NCBI GenBank assembly: GCA_017502975.1 | Contig: JAFVTV010000015.1 | Coordinates: 6,473-70,472, forward strand | Direction of reading: 5' to 3' | From: Clostridia bacterium | GTDB lineage: Bacteria; Bacillota; Clostridia; Oscillospirales; CAG-272 | DNA: 64,000 bases | In this document: one piece after another, positions 34,595 to 43,510 of the stretch | Numbering within the stretch: position 1 is the stretch's first letter | Layout: every line of letters starts with the position of its first letter | Made by a program: the position numbers and the translations under genes | The notes under the pieces: model-generated | What the model was told of the DNA's origin: nothing | The model's database searches: none | Seen by the model: only the letters and a program-made list of their open reading frames with translations

Positions 34595-35478
34595 TGGTAG
34601 AAAAACAGCTTGCTGAAAATGCAGCCAAAATAGAGCAAGAGTTGATACGCTTGACAAACAAGAGCGATCCCGATTTCGCACCTGTTCTCGATGCGTTGCG
34701 GTATAGCCTTCTGGCGCCCCGCGCCAAAAGGATCCGTCCTTCGCTCACGCTTGCATTTTGCCGTTTGTTTGGGGGAGAGGAGCGCGCCGCGCTGCCTGCT
34801 GCAGCGGCAGTGGAAATGGTGCACACCTATTCTTTGATACATGATGATCTTCCTTGTATGGATAATGACGATCTGCGCCGCGGGCGCCCCACCTGCCACG
34901 TGGCACACGGTGAGGCAACTGCCTTGTTGGCGGGGGATGCATTGCTGACGTATGCCTTTGAGGTGCTTGCGCAAAATGAAGCAATGGGCGACCGTGCCGT
35001 GCGTGATGCTGTTCTCACGCTTTCTTCTCTTGCGGGTGTGTTTGGTATGATTGGCGGTCAGGTAATTGATCTTGCGGGCGAAAAAAGAAAATTGCCTGAA
35101 GAATTGCTTTTAAAGTTGCATGATAATAAAACAGGGGCGCTGATGGTGGCATCCGCCACCCTTGGGTGCCTTGCGGCAGGTCTTACGCTCACTGACCCTC
35201 GCACGGTGTCTGCCAAGCGCTATGCCGAGGGGATCGGGCTTGCGTTTCAGATCGTTGATGATGTGATCGACGCCACCACCGATACCGAAACGGCAGGCAA
35301 AAGCGTTGGATCTGATGAAAAGCAGAACAAGACGACCTTTCTTTGCTATTACACGCCAAAGGAAGCGCTTGCTTATGCCAAGCGCGTGACCGAAGCGGCA
35401 AAAGCGGAGATATCATCCTATGAAGGAAGCGAGTTTTTGCTGGTTCTTGCCGACAAATTAATTGAGCGAAAATTTTAA
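34591..35478 (+). CDS. ispA: (2E,6E)-farnesyl diphosphate synthase / polyprenyl synthetase
   Basis: First and second Asp-rich motifs are present (LIHDDLPCMDNDDLRRG and FQIVDDVID). It has an ATGA overlap with xseB. Confidence 0.9.
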   Translation: MMVEKQLAENAAKIEQELIRLTNKSDPDFAPVLDALRYSLLAPRAKRIRPSLTLAFCRLFGGEERAALPAAAAVEMVHTYSLIHDDLPCMDNDDLRRGRPTCHVAHGEATALLAGDALLTYAFEVLAQNEAMGDRAVRDAVLTLSSLAGVFGMIGGQVIDLAGEKRKLPEELLLKLHDNKTGALMVASATLGCLAAGLTLTDPRTVSAKRYAEGIGLAFQIVDDVIDATTDTETAGKSVGSDEKQNKTTFLCYYTPKEALAYAKRVTEAAKAEISSYEGSEFLLVLADKLIERKF

Positions 35479-35506
35479 CGAAGCAAAAAACGTTAAGGAG
35501 TTTACC

Positions 35507-35998
35507 ATGGTGGGTCTAAAAGAGAGTTTGATTGATTTTTTCACGAATCGTGTATTAATGTGTGCGGTCTTCTCTTGGATGGTGGCACAGATCTTAAAAA
35601 TTTTCACCTCGCCGCGGCATCGAGAGGAGATCTCGTTTTTGCGCATTGTTGCGGGCAGTGGCGGTATGCCAAGCTCGCACTCTGCGGTAGTAACTGCAGC
35701 CAGCTTCTCCTGCGGTATCATTTACGGCTTTGGCTCTCCCTTTTTTGCCATTTCTGCAGTGCTTGCCGTTGTGGTCATGCGTGATGCTGCGGGCGTGCGC
35801 CGCGAATCGGGCAAGCAGGCAGCAGCGATCAACCAGATGTCACGTGAATTAAACAAAAAGAAGAATTTTGACATGGATCTTTTAACAGAGCTGCTGGGGC
35901 ACACGCCGCTTCAGGTATTCTTTGGCGGTGTGCTTGGTATTATCATGGCATATCTTTGCCAGCTGTGGCTGTTTCCCATGATCTTTCCCCCTATGTAA
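35507..35998 (+). CDS. divergent PAP2-family membrane protein (acid phosphatase/vanadium haloperoxidase-related, DUF212)
   Basis: GGMPSSHSAVVTA...RDAAGVRRESGKQA...ELLGHTPLQVFFG are typical of this family. The ATG at 35507 follows AAGGAG. Confidence 0.75.
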   Translation: MVGLKESLIDFFTNRVLMCAVFSWMVAQILKIFTSPRHREEISFLRIVAGSGGMPSSHSAVVTAASFSCGIIYGFGSPFFAISAVLAVVVMRDAAGVRRESGKQAAAINQMSRELNKKKNFDMDLLTELLGHTPLQVFFGGVLGIIMAYLCQLWLFPMIFPPM

Positions 35999-36001
35999 CC
36001 T

Positions 36002-36781
36002 ATGAGAATCGACGTTTATTTAGTAAGTGCCGGTTATGCCCCCAGTCGCCAGAGTGCTAAGCGCCTGATTGAAGAAGGGCTTGTCACACTTGACGGCAAG
36101 GTCATAACAAAGCCGGCAAGCGAGGTGATCGGCACGCCCGACATCACGGTTACCCCCAAAAAATATGTAGGGCGCGGGGGAGAAAAGATGGAGGCGGCGC
36201 TTTCTGCCTTCAATATTGACCCAAAAGGCCTTCGCGTGCTTGATATCGGTGCATCAACGGGCGGCTTTACCGATTGCCTTCTGCAACGCGGTGCAAGCTC
36301 TGCCGTAACGGTGGATGCAGGTGTGGGACAGCTACACCCAAAGCTATTGGCAGATCAGCGCGTGCGCAATATTGAGAAGTACAATGCGCGCAATTTAAGC
36401 GTTGCCGATACAGGCGTGGCAGATCTTGTTGTTATGGATGTTTCCTTTATTTCTCAAACCTATATTTTGCCTCGTATTCCTGCGGTTTTGGCGGAGGGCG
36501 GTATACTTGTGTCACTGATCAAGCCGCAATTTGAAGCGGGGCGCGGCGCGCTTAATAAGCAGGGTGTGGTGCGTAACGTTAAGGATCGCATATTTGCCGT
36601 GGCACGCGTCTTTGAGGCGGCTGCTGCCGTCGGGCTTACCCCTGTGGGACTTGCTCCCTCGCCCATACTTGGCGGTGACGGTAACGAGGAGTTTCTTGCC
36701 TTGTTCTGTCAAACACCGCAAAAGTCAAGCATTAATATTGAAAAAACAGTGAAGGATAAGGTGGTGGTCAATTTCAAATGA
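36002..36781 (+). CDS. tlyA: TlyA-family rRNA (cytidine-2'-O)-methyltransferase with S4 domain
   Basis: MRIDVYLVSAGYAPSRQSAKRLIEEGLV (S4), RGGEKMEAAL..F......VLDIGASTGGFTDCLLQRGA, and SLIKPQFE. Confidence 0.88.
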   Translation: MRIDVYLVSAGYAPSRQSAKRLIEEGLVTLDGKVITKPASEVIGTPDITVTPKKYVGRGGEKMEAALSAFNIDPKGLRVLDIGASTGGFTDCLLQRGASSAVTVDAGVGQLHPKLLADQRVRNIEKYNARNLSVADTGVADLVVMDVSFISQTYILPRIPAVLAEGGILVSLIKPQFEAGRGALNKQGVVRNVKDRIFAVARVFEAAAAVGLTPVGLAPSPILGGDGNEEFLALFCQTPQKSSINIEKTVKDKVVVNFK

Positions 36782-37653
36782 AAAACATAGCTCTTATCAC
36801 CAATTTTAACATTTACGATAAGGCAAATGCAGCGCTTACCGTTGCTGAGGAGCTTGTCAAATACGGTGCTAGCGTCATGCTTGCCTCGATCAACAAGGAC
36901 CGTATTTTCCGTTTGCATAAAAACAAAAAGGAATATGTGTACCTATCCTTAGAGGAGCTTTATCGTGAGGCGGACGCTATTATCGTGCTTGGCGGTGACG
37001 GCTCTTTGCTTGATGCCGCGCGCCGTGCGGCGCCACACGGAAAGCCTCTGCTTGGCATCAACATGGGGCGTCTTGGTTACATGACGGAGCTTGAGATGAG
37101 CGAGCTTGCTTTGCTTGAAAAGCTTTTTACGGGAGAATATGAGTTGGATCACCGTGCGATGCTACACATTGCCGTTAAAACACAAGCCGGTGGCACAAGA
37201 GCCGAATCCTTTGCGTTAAACGATGCCGTGATCTCCAACGGCTCGGTGGCGCGTATTGTTGATCTTGAGCTGTATGAGGCAGGGGAATTGGTTACCACAT
37301 ACCGTGCTGACGGCGTGATCGTATCGACGCCTACGGGCTCTACTGCTTATTCGATGTCGGCAGGCGGACCCATTACCGACCCTCACTTGGGGTGTCTTTG
37401 CGTTACACCGATCTGCTCGCACTCCTTAACGGCACGACCGATCGTATTTCGCGATGATGCCACGCTGGAGATCAAAAACACTTGCCAACGTGAGAAAATG
37501 CTGTATCTTACCGTTGACGGCAAGATCAATTTTGAAATTTATCGCGGAGATTTTGTTACGATTACAAAATCACCCATGGAAACTGCGCTCATTCGCTTTA
37601 AAAAGAGTGGATTTTATAACAGATTGCAAAATAAAATGAATGCACAAGATTAA
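36778..37653 (+). CDS. nadK: NAD+ kinase
   Basis: GGDGSLL, INMGRLGYMTE, NDAVI, ADGVIVSTPTGSTAYSMSAGGPI are the NadK motifs. It has an ATGA overlap with tlyA. Confidence 0.93.
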   Translation: MKNIALITNFNIYDKANAALTVAEELVKYGASVMLASINKDRIFRLHKNKKEYVYLSLEELYREADAIIVLGGDGSLLDAARRAAPHGKPLLGINMGRLGYMTELEMSELALLEKLFTGEYELDHRAMLHIAVKTQAGGTRAESFALNDAVISNGSVARIVDLELYEAGELVTTYRADGVIVSTPTGSTAYSMSAGGPITDPHLGCLCVTPICSHSLTARPIVFRDDATLEIKNTCQREKMLYLTVDGKINFEIYRGDFVTITKSPMETALIRFKKSGFYNRLQNKMNAQD

Positions 37654-37666
37654 AGGAGTAAGACAC

Positions 37667-38122
37667 ATGAAAAGCAACAGACAAAAGAAAATTTTAGAGA
37701 TCGTCAACCGTTTTCACGTCGAAACGCAGGATGACCTGATTGCTTATCTTGAAACAGAGGGCTACTCTGTGACGCAGGCAACTATTTCCCGTGATATTCG
37801 AGAGCTGCAGCTCACCAAGGTGCTTACCACCCGCGGAACCTATCGCTACATAGCACCAAAGCGCGAGGACATGGTGTCCGGGCTTAAGTTTAATGCCGCA
37901 TTGGTTGATTCTATTATCAGTGTGGAGTACGCGCTCAATATGATCGTAATCAAGACCTATCCCGGTCTTGCACAGGCAGTTGCGGCAGGTGTGGACAACC
38001 TTTCGCTTGCCGAGGTGCTTGGATGTGTTGCGGGCGATGATACGATCATGATCGTTACCAAAAATGAAAGCGCCGCGAAAAGCATTAGCGAGCGCATTCA
38101 TGTCATTATGAAAGACGGCTGA
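37667..38122 (+). CDS. argR: arginine repressor
   Basis: RQKKILEIV......TQDDLIAYLETEGYSVTQATISRDIRELQLTKV and GCVAGDDTIMIV. The ATG at 37667 follows AAAGGAG. Confidence 0.93.
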   Translation: MKSNRQKKILEIVNRFHVETQDDLIAYLETEGYSVTQATISRDIRELQLTKVLTTRGTYRYIAPKREDMVSGLKFNAALVDSIISVEYALNMIVIKTYPGLAQAVAAGVDNLSLAEVLGCVAGDDTIMIVTKNESAAKSISERIHVIMKDG

Positions 38123-38125
38123 TCT

Positions 38126-39811
38126 ATGCTGCAATCTCTCCATATTGAAAATATGGCGATCATCTCCTCGCTCGACGTTGATTTTGGCAACGGGCTTTCG
38201 GTAATCACAGGCGAAACGGGTGCGGGTAAATCTGTTATGATTGATGCAATCTTGTTTTTGCTTGGCGGGAAGCCACCGCGAGATATGCTAAGGCGAGGCT
38301 CTGAGAGGGGAACGGTCAGCGCGGTATTTTCCGAGGTGGGGGTGGTGTGCGCTTCTTATCTTACCGAAATGGGTTTTTGGGGGGAGGAAGCGGCAGATGC
38401 CGAATTGCTGCTGCAACGCACCCTCGATCAAAACGGTAAGACCGCGGCGCGCCTGAATGGCAGAATGATCCCGCAAACGATACTGCGCGAGCTTTCAAGG
38501 TATCTTGTGAGTGTGCACGGTCAAGCAGATAATCAACTGCTCTTACAGCAAGCAGTGCAAAAACAGATACTTGACGGCATTGCCGATTTTGGTGAATCAC
38601 TTGCACAGTACCGCACCTGTTATCAAAAAAGAGCAGAACTGCAACGTCAACTTGCCGATACCGCCCGTGATACGGCGGAAATGGCACGCCTTGCCGATAT
38701 TTTGCGTTTTCAGATTGCGGAGATCGATGAGGCACAGTTAAAGCTTCATGAGGAAGAGGAGCTGCTTACACAGCGCACAAGGCTGCAGCATGCGGAAAAG
38801 ATTGCCAAGCAGACCGCATTTGCGTATCATGTGCTGTATGGGAGCGAGAAGGGCTCGGCGTTTTTGATCCTTGAGCGTGCTGCTGCCGCTATGACCGGCA
38901 TTGCTGGCGTGATACCCGAGGCGGCATCGCTTGCCGAGCGGCTTACCGCCATGCGTTATGAGGTTGAGGATATTGCCAATACCGCACGCGATTACGGTGA
39001 AGTGGTGGAGGGTGACCCCACCGAGGCGCTTGACCGCGTGGAAACGCGCCTTGACCTTATTAGCAAGCTTGAACGCAAATACGGCAAGGATATTGCTGAA
39101 ATTTTGATATTCCGTGCCGAGGCCGCAAAAAGGCTTTCCTTGATTGACCACTCTGATGAAGAAAGTGCGCGACTTAACGCCGAGATCAAGGCGCTTGAGG
39201 CACAAATGCAGATGCTTGCCACACAGTGTCATGCGGCGCGTGTTTCCGCGAGCGAGGTGCTAAACAGCAGAATTGCCGAAGAGCTTGCCTTCCTTGATAT
39301 GCCTTCTGTTCGCTTTGAAATTGCCATAACACAAACAGATCACTTTTTGCCGGACGGTAATGATGAGGTCTGCTTTATGATCGCCACCAACAAGGGCGAG
39401 GCTATGATGCCTCTTGCACGTGTGGCATCGGGTGGTGAGCTGGCGCGTGTTACGCTTGCTCTTCGCAGTGTGCTAAACGACCGTGACGGTGTTGGCACGG
39501 CTGTGTTTGATGAGGTCGACACAGGTATTTCGGGTAAGACCGCACGCAAGATCGGCATCAAACTTTCCGAGATCGGCAAAAAGACGCAGGTGCTTTGTGT
39601 GACACACTCGGCTCAGATCGCTTCTCTTGCCACGGCACATTATAAGATTGCCAAAAAGGAGCAGGGAGAGCGAACCGTTTCTACGGTTTCCTTGCTTGAT
39701 GATGACGGGCGCGTTGCAGAGGTGGCACGCATCCTTGGCGGTCTTTTGGTGACCGATACGCAACGCCGTGCGGCTGCGGAGATGATCGGCGAGGGGGTAT
39801 CTTACCGATGA
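38126..39811 (+). CDS. recN: DNA repair protein RecN
   Basis: MLQSLHIENMAIISSLDVDFGNGLSVITGETGAGKSVMIDAI (Walker A), coiled-coil middle, SGGELARVTLAL (signature) and FDEVDTGISG (Walker B). Confidence 0.95.
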   Translation: MLQSLHIENMAIISSLDVDFGNGLSVITGETGAGKSVMIDAILFLLGGKPPRDMLRRGSERGTVSAVFSEVGVVCASYLTEMGFWGEEAADAELLLQRTLDQNGKTAARLNGRMIPQTILRELSRYLVSVHGQADNQLLLQQAVQKQILDGIADFGESLAQYRTCYQKRAELQRQLADTARDTAEMARLADILRFQIAEIDEAQLKLHEEEELLTQRTRLQHAEKIAKQTAFAYHVLYGSEKGSAFLILERAAAAMTGIAGVIPEAASLAERLTAMRYEVEDIANTARDYGEVVEGDPTEALDRVETRLDLISKLERKYGKDIAEILIFRAEAAKRLSLIDHSDEESARLNAEIKALEAQMQMLATQCHAARVSASEVLNSRIAEELAFLDMPSVRFEIAITQTDHFLPDGNDEVCFMIATNKGEAMMPLARVASGGELARVTLALRSVLNDRDGVGTAVFDEVDTGISGKTARKIGIKLSEIGKKTQVLCVTHSAQIASLATAHYKIAKKEQGERTVSTVSLLDDDGRVAEVARILGGLLVTDTQRRAAAEMIGEGVSYR

Positions 39812-40281
39812 AAAACAAAACGAATGTGATGCGTATGCTGGATGCGGCAAAGATCGCTTATCGGGTTTTTGAATACGAGGTAGACGAAAATAATCTTGCA
39901 GGCACGCATATTGCCGATGAGATCGGGCTTGCTTATGAAAAGGTGTTTAAAACACTTGTAGCACGCGGTGATAAAACAGGTCCTGTGGTTTTTTGCATTC
40001 CCGCAGATCTTGAGATCGACCTCAAAAATGCGGCGCGCGTAACGGGCAATAAGCGCATAGAGATGATACCTGTCAAGGATCTGCTTGCGCTAACGGGATA
40101 TATTCGCGGCGGCTGCTCACCGATCGGCATGAAAAAAAGGTTTCCAACCTTTATCAGCCATCATGCAATGGAGCAGCCCGAGATCACGGTAAGCGCGGGC
40201 GTGCGCGGTGCGCAGCTTTTGCTAAGCACAAAGGAATTGATCGCCTTTGTGGATGCAAAATGCGAGGATATTACCGTTTAA
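39808..40281 (+). CDS. ybaK: Cys-tRNA(Pro)/Cys-tRNA(Cys) deacylase YbaK
   Basis: 157 aa with VFKTLVARGDKTG.VVFCIP....DLK and GYIRGGCSPIGMKK. It has an ATGA overlap with recN. Confidence 0.85.
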   Translation: MKNKTNVMRMLDAAKIAYRVFEYEVDENNLAGTHIADEIGLAYEKVFKTLVARGDKTGPVVFCIPADLEIDLKNAARVTGNKRIEMIPVKDLLALTGYIRGGCSPIGMKKRFPTFISHHAMEQPEITVSAGVRGAQLLLSTKELIAFVDAKCEDITV

Positions 40282-40293
40282 ACGCCAAAAGGC

Positions 40294-40322
40294 TTGACAA
40301 TATTTCATATTAGTATTACAAT
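40294..40322 (+). promoter_or_regulatory. sigma-A promoter for glyQS
   Basis: TTGACA (40294-40299), 17 nt, TACAAT (40317-40322). No T-box leader fits in the ~35-nt UTR. Confidence 0.65.
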
Positions 40323-40356
40323 AATATCAATTATTTATTTTTTAGGAGCACAGATC

Positions 40357-41772
40357 ATGAACAACAGTGAAAAAACAATGGAAAAAATCGTAGCCCTTTG
40401 TAAGAACCGCGGGTTTATTTTCCCCGGCTCTGAAATTTACGGTGGTCTTGCAAACTCTTGGGATTACGGCCCCCTTGGCGTAGAGTTTAAAAACAATGTA
40501 AAGCGCGCTTGGTGGAAAAAGTTTGTGCAAGAAAACCGCTATAATGTGGGCCTTGACAGCGCCATTATCATGAATCCCGAGGCTTGGGTAGCATCGGGTC
40601 ACGTGGGCGGCTTTTCCGATCCCTTGATGGATTGCAAGTCCTGCAAGGCTCGTCACCGTGCAGACAAGCTCATTGAGGAGTATGCTTTTGAAAACGGCCT
40701 TGAGGACAATCCCGCAGGCTGGAGCTTTGAGCAGATGTCCCAATACATTGAGGAGAAGGGTATTGTTTGTCCTGTTTGCGGCAAGCGCGATTTTACTGCT
40801 ATTAAGAAGTTCAATCTTATGTTTAAGACCTTCGTTGGTGTAAATGAGGATACTGCAAATACTGTGTATCTGCGCCCCGAAACGGCACAGGGTATTTTCG
40901 TGAATTTCCCTGCAATTGCACGCTCTACGCGCCGTAAGCTCCCCTTTGGTGTTTGCCAGATCGGTAAGTCCTTCCGTAACGAGATCACGCCCGGCAACTT
41001 TGTTTTCCGCACCCGCGAGTTTGAGCAAATGGAGCTTGAGTTCTTCTGCAAGCCCGGCACCGACCTTGAATGGTTTGCTTATTGGAAGGATTACTGCAAG
41101 AAGTGGCTGCTTGATCTTGGCATGAGAGAGGAAAATCTTCGCTTGCGTGACCATGATCCCGAGGAGCTTGCCTTCTATTCTAAGGGCACCACTGACTTTG
41201 AGTTCCTGTTCCCGTTTGGTTGGGGCGAGCTGTGGGGCATTGCTGACCGTACCGATTACGACCTTTCTCAGCACGCCAAGCACAGCGGCAAGGATCTTAC
41301 CTATTTCGATCCCGAAACAAACGAGCACTACGTGCCTTACGTGGTTGAGCCCTCTCTTGGTGCTGACCGTGTGGCGCTTGCCTTCCTTGTAGACGCTTAC
41401 GATGAGGAAGTAATTGATGCCGAGAAAAACGACGTGCGCGTGGTTCTGCATCTGCATCCCGCACTTGCACCCTATAAGGTGGCAGTTCTGCCTCTTTCCA
41501 AAAAGCTTTCCGAAAAGGCGCTTGAGGTGCGCGATGAGCTTGCTAAATATTTTGCTGTCGATTACGATGAAGCAGGTTCTATCGGTAAGCGTTACCGCCG
41601 TGAGGATGAGATCGGTACCCCCTTGTGCGTAACCGTCGACTTTGAAACGGTTGGCGATGACACCAAGCCTGCGGATAATTGCGTTACCGTTCGTGATCGT
41701 GATACCATGCAGCAGGTGCGTGTGCCGATCAGCGAGCTTAAGGATTATATCGAAAAGCGCATTGCTTTTTGA
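40357..41772 (+). CDS. glyQS: glycyl-tRNA synthetase (homodimeric alpha2 type)
   Basis: [64 protein letters not shown], and GADRV. The ATG at 40357 follows AGGAG. Confidence 0.96.
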   Translation: MNNSEKTMEKIVALCKNRGFIFPGSEIYGGLANSWDYGPLGVEFKNNVKRAWWKKFVQENRYNVGLDSAIIMNPEAWVASGHVGGFSDPLMDCKSCKARHRADKLIEEYAFENGLEDNPAGWSFEQMSQYIEEKGIVCPVCGKRDFTAIKKFNLMFKTFVGVNEDTANTVYLRPETAQGIFVNFPAIARSTRRKLPFGVCQIGKSFRNEITPGNFVFRTREFEQMELEFFCKPGTDLEWFAYWKDYCKKWLLDLGMREENLRLRDHDPEELAFYSKGTTDFEFLFPFGWGELWGIADRTDYDLSQHAKHSGKDLTYFDPETNEHYVPYVVEPSLGADRVALAFLVDAYDEEVIDAEKNDVRVVLHLHPALAPYKVAVLPLSKKLSEKALEVRDELAKYFAVDYDEAGSIGKRYRREDEIGTPLCVTVDFETVGDDTKPADNCVTVRDRDTMQQVRVPISELKDYIEKRIAF

Positions 41773-41804
41773 TTGAAATTTGATGATAGAAAGGATGTTT
41801 AGCT

Positions 41805-42533
41805 TTGTTTCGGATACGTATTGCAGAATTGAATGTTGAAATACAAAATAAATATCCTTTCTCTGAAAAATTTTGCCGTGAGTTTGCGGCTGAATTTTCT
41901 AAGCCCGATATTACGGTCTTTGTTACCCCGGAGGAGCTAGAGGCGGAACGAGAATTGGATCTTTACAATTCTACCGACGGGTATCTTGAATGTATCTGCA
42001 TTTATCGAAAGATTGCTTTGGAGCTTCCTAAATTTGATGCCATGGTCTTTCATGCCTCGGTGATTTCCTGTGACGGTGAGGGATATGCCTTTGCCGCGCA
42101 CAGCGGAACGGGAAAATCCACGCACACCGATCTTTGGCTGCGCGTTTTTGGTGAGCGTGCCTCGGTTGTAAACGGTGATAAGCCCATTTTTCGTTTGATC
42201 AACGGCAAATGGCAGGTCTTTGATACCCCTTGGCGCGGCAAAGAGAAATTAGGAAATCATTCCAGTGCACCCCTGAAAAGTATTTGCTTTTTGGAGCGCG
42301 GCAAGGAAAACACCATAAATCCGATTGGGGATGCGGAAGCGGTATCTCGCCTGTTTTCGCAGGTCCTTTTACCCAACGACCCCGTTATGGCAGAGCAGCA
42401 GCTTGCTTTGCTCGACTCCCTCATTACAAATACCCCCACATATTTGTTACATTGTAATATGATGCCCGAGGCGGCAATCGTTTCTTATCAAGGTATGTGT
42501 GGACAAAAGGAGAACAACAATGAAACGCAGTAA
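41805..42533 (+). CDS. HPr-kinase-like P-loop protein (HprK-related kinase family)
   Basis: 242 aa from a TTG start 9 nt after AAGGA. GYAFAAHSGTGKSTHTDLW resembles the HprK C-domain P-loop G.SG.GKS. Shape and length match HprK-related kinases found next to PqqD-like genes. Confidence 0.6.
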   Translation: MFRIRIAELNVEIQNKYPFSEKFCREFAAEFSKPDITVFVTPEELEAERELDLYNSTDGYLECICIYRKIALELPKFDAMVFHASVISCDGEGYAFAAHSGTGKSTHTDLWLRVFGERASVVNGDKPIFRLINGKWQVFDTPWRGKEKLGNHSSAPLKSICFLERGKENTINPIGDAEAVSRLFSQVLLPNDPVMAEQQLALLDSLITNTPTYLLHCNMMPEAAIVSYQGMCGQKENNNETQ

Positions 42534-42786
42534 GGATTTTATCAAGCGCAAGATCGGCACACAGTATGTGATCGTTGCCGTTGGTGCTGCAACCAAAAAA
42601 TTTAACGGCATGATCTCCGTAAACTCCACCGGTAGCTTTATTTGGGATCAGCTTGAACAAAGCATGACGATGGATGAGCTGGTAAATGCTATTGTTGAAA
42701 ATTATGAGATAGACGCAGCAACCGCTACTGCACATGCTACCCAATTTGTTAATACATTGAAGGGAGTAGGCGCGATTGCAGAATAA
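42520..42786 (+). CDS. PqqD-family protein (RiPP recognition element-type peptide chaperone)
   Basis: 88 aa. YVIVAV....KFNGMISVNSTGSFIWDQLEQSMTMDELVNAIVENYEIDAATATAHATQFVNTLKGVGAI follows the PqqD/RRE pattern (LN.tg..iW..l....t..el...l...Y.vd...a..D...Fi..L...G.i). AAAGGAG lies 7 nt before the ATG. It overlaps the kinase gene by 14 nt. Confidence 0.75.
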   Translation: MKRSKDFIKRKIGTQYVIVAVGAATKKFNGMISVNSTGSFIWDQLEQSMTMDELVNAIVENYEIDAATATAHATQFVNTLKGVGAIAE

Positions 42787-43240
42787 GCAATATACCATGC
42801 AGGAGATGTACCCCTTGCTTCTTGAGGTGATCGAAAGCGGCGGGGAATTTCGCCTTTGGCCGCGTGGCACCAGCATGATGCCGTTGCTTCGTCAGGGTAA
42901 GGATAGCGTGCTGCTTGTGTCACCACACCATTTGCAAAAGCGCGATATTTGCCTGTATCGCCGTGCTGACGGTGCATTTGTGCTACACCGCTTGATGAAG
43001 CTTGAAAAAAACGGTGCGCCTGTTTTTTGCGGTGATAATCAAACGGCATTTGAATACGGCGTGCCGCGTGAGAGCATCATTGCGCGCGTGTGTGATGTAT
43101 ATCGAGGAGATCGCCGTATCTCGGTAGGATCAAAAAAATACCGTTTGTATGTTTTTTTTCACTGTATTATGCCGTTGCGTTTTTTGCGCTTTTTGCCGCG
43201 TCGTGCATGGGGGCGCTTGAAAAGAATTTTCAAAAAATAA
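42776..43240 (+). CDS. S24/S26-family (LexA/signal-peptidase-like) serine peptidase
   Basis: FRLWPRGTSMMPLL (a G.SM.P nucleophile motif) and DICLYRRADGAFVLHRLMKL (the typical beta-strand with the following Lys). The C-terminus is basic and amphipathic (LRFLRFLPRRAWGRLKRIFKK). The start is TTG 42776 or ATG 42797. It overlaps the PqqD gene. Confidence 0.65.
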   Translation: MQNKQYTMQEMYPLLLEVIESGGEFRLWPRGTSMMPLLRQGKDSVLLVSPHHLQKRDICLYRRADGAFVLHRLMKLEKNGAPVFCGDNQTAFEYGVPRESIIARVCDVYRGDRRISVGSKKYRLYVFFHCIMPLRFLRFLPRRAWGRLKRIFKK

Positions 43241-43251
43241 GATCTTATAGC

Positions 43252-43292
43252 AAAAGAACCGCTTTCTCTATGATAGAGAAAGCGGTTCTTTT
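43252..43292. terminator. bidirectional terminator between convergent operons
   Basis: AAAAGAACCGCTTTCTCTA-TGA-TAGAGAAAGCGGTTCTTTT is a perfect 19-bp stem with A/U runs built in on both strands. Confidence 0.9.
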
Positions 43293-43309
43293 GCGTCGTT
43301 GTATGTGCT

Positions 43310-43492
43310 TCAGATCGTAAATGTGTAGGAGGGAAGTACAGCCTTGCTTTCTGCCTTTTCTTCCTCTTCTTTTGCTTCCTTAATGTTTTCTACGATCATG
43401 TAAACGGTGTAAAATGCCATGCTTACTACCATCAACACAGAAAGCACGATCGCCAGCAGGCGTGCGTAAAATTTGCTTGTTTTCTTGCTCAT
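43310..43492 (-). CDS. small single-pass membrane protein (60 aa), unknown function
   Basis: MSKKTSKFYARLLAIVLSVLMVVSMAFYTVYMIV (TM) followed by an acidic tail ENIKEAKEEEEKAESK. GGAAGG lies 9 nt before the ATG, 18 nt after the upstream stop. Confidence 0.55.
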   Translation of the reverse strand: MSKKTSKFYARLLAIVLSVLMVVSMAFYTVYMIVENIKEAKEEEEKAESKAVLPSYTFTI

Positions 43493-43510
43493 TGTTTTTT
43501 ACCTTCCTTG

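Noticed and set aside
40342-41457. 371-aa minus-strand ORF antisense to glyQS
   Set aside because: It is the antisense shadow of an unambiguous aminoacyl-tRNA synthetase gene.
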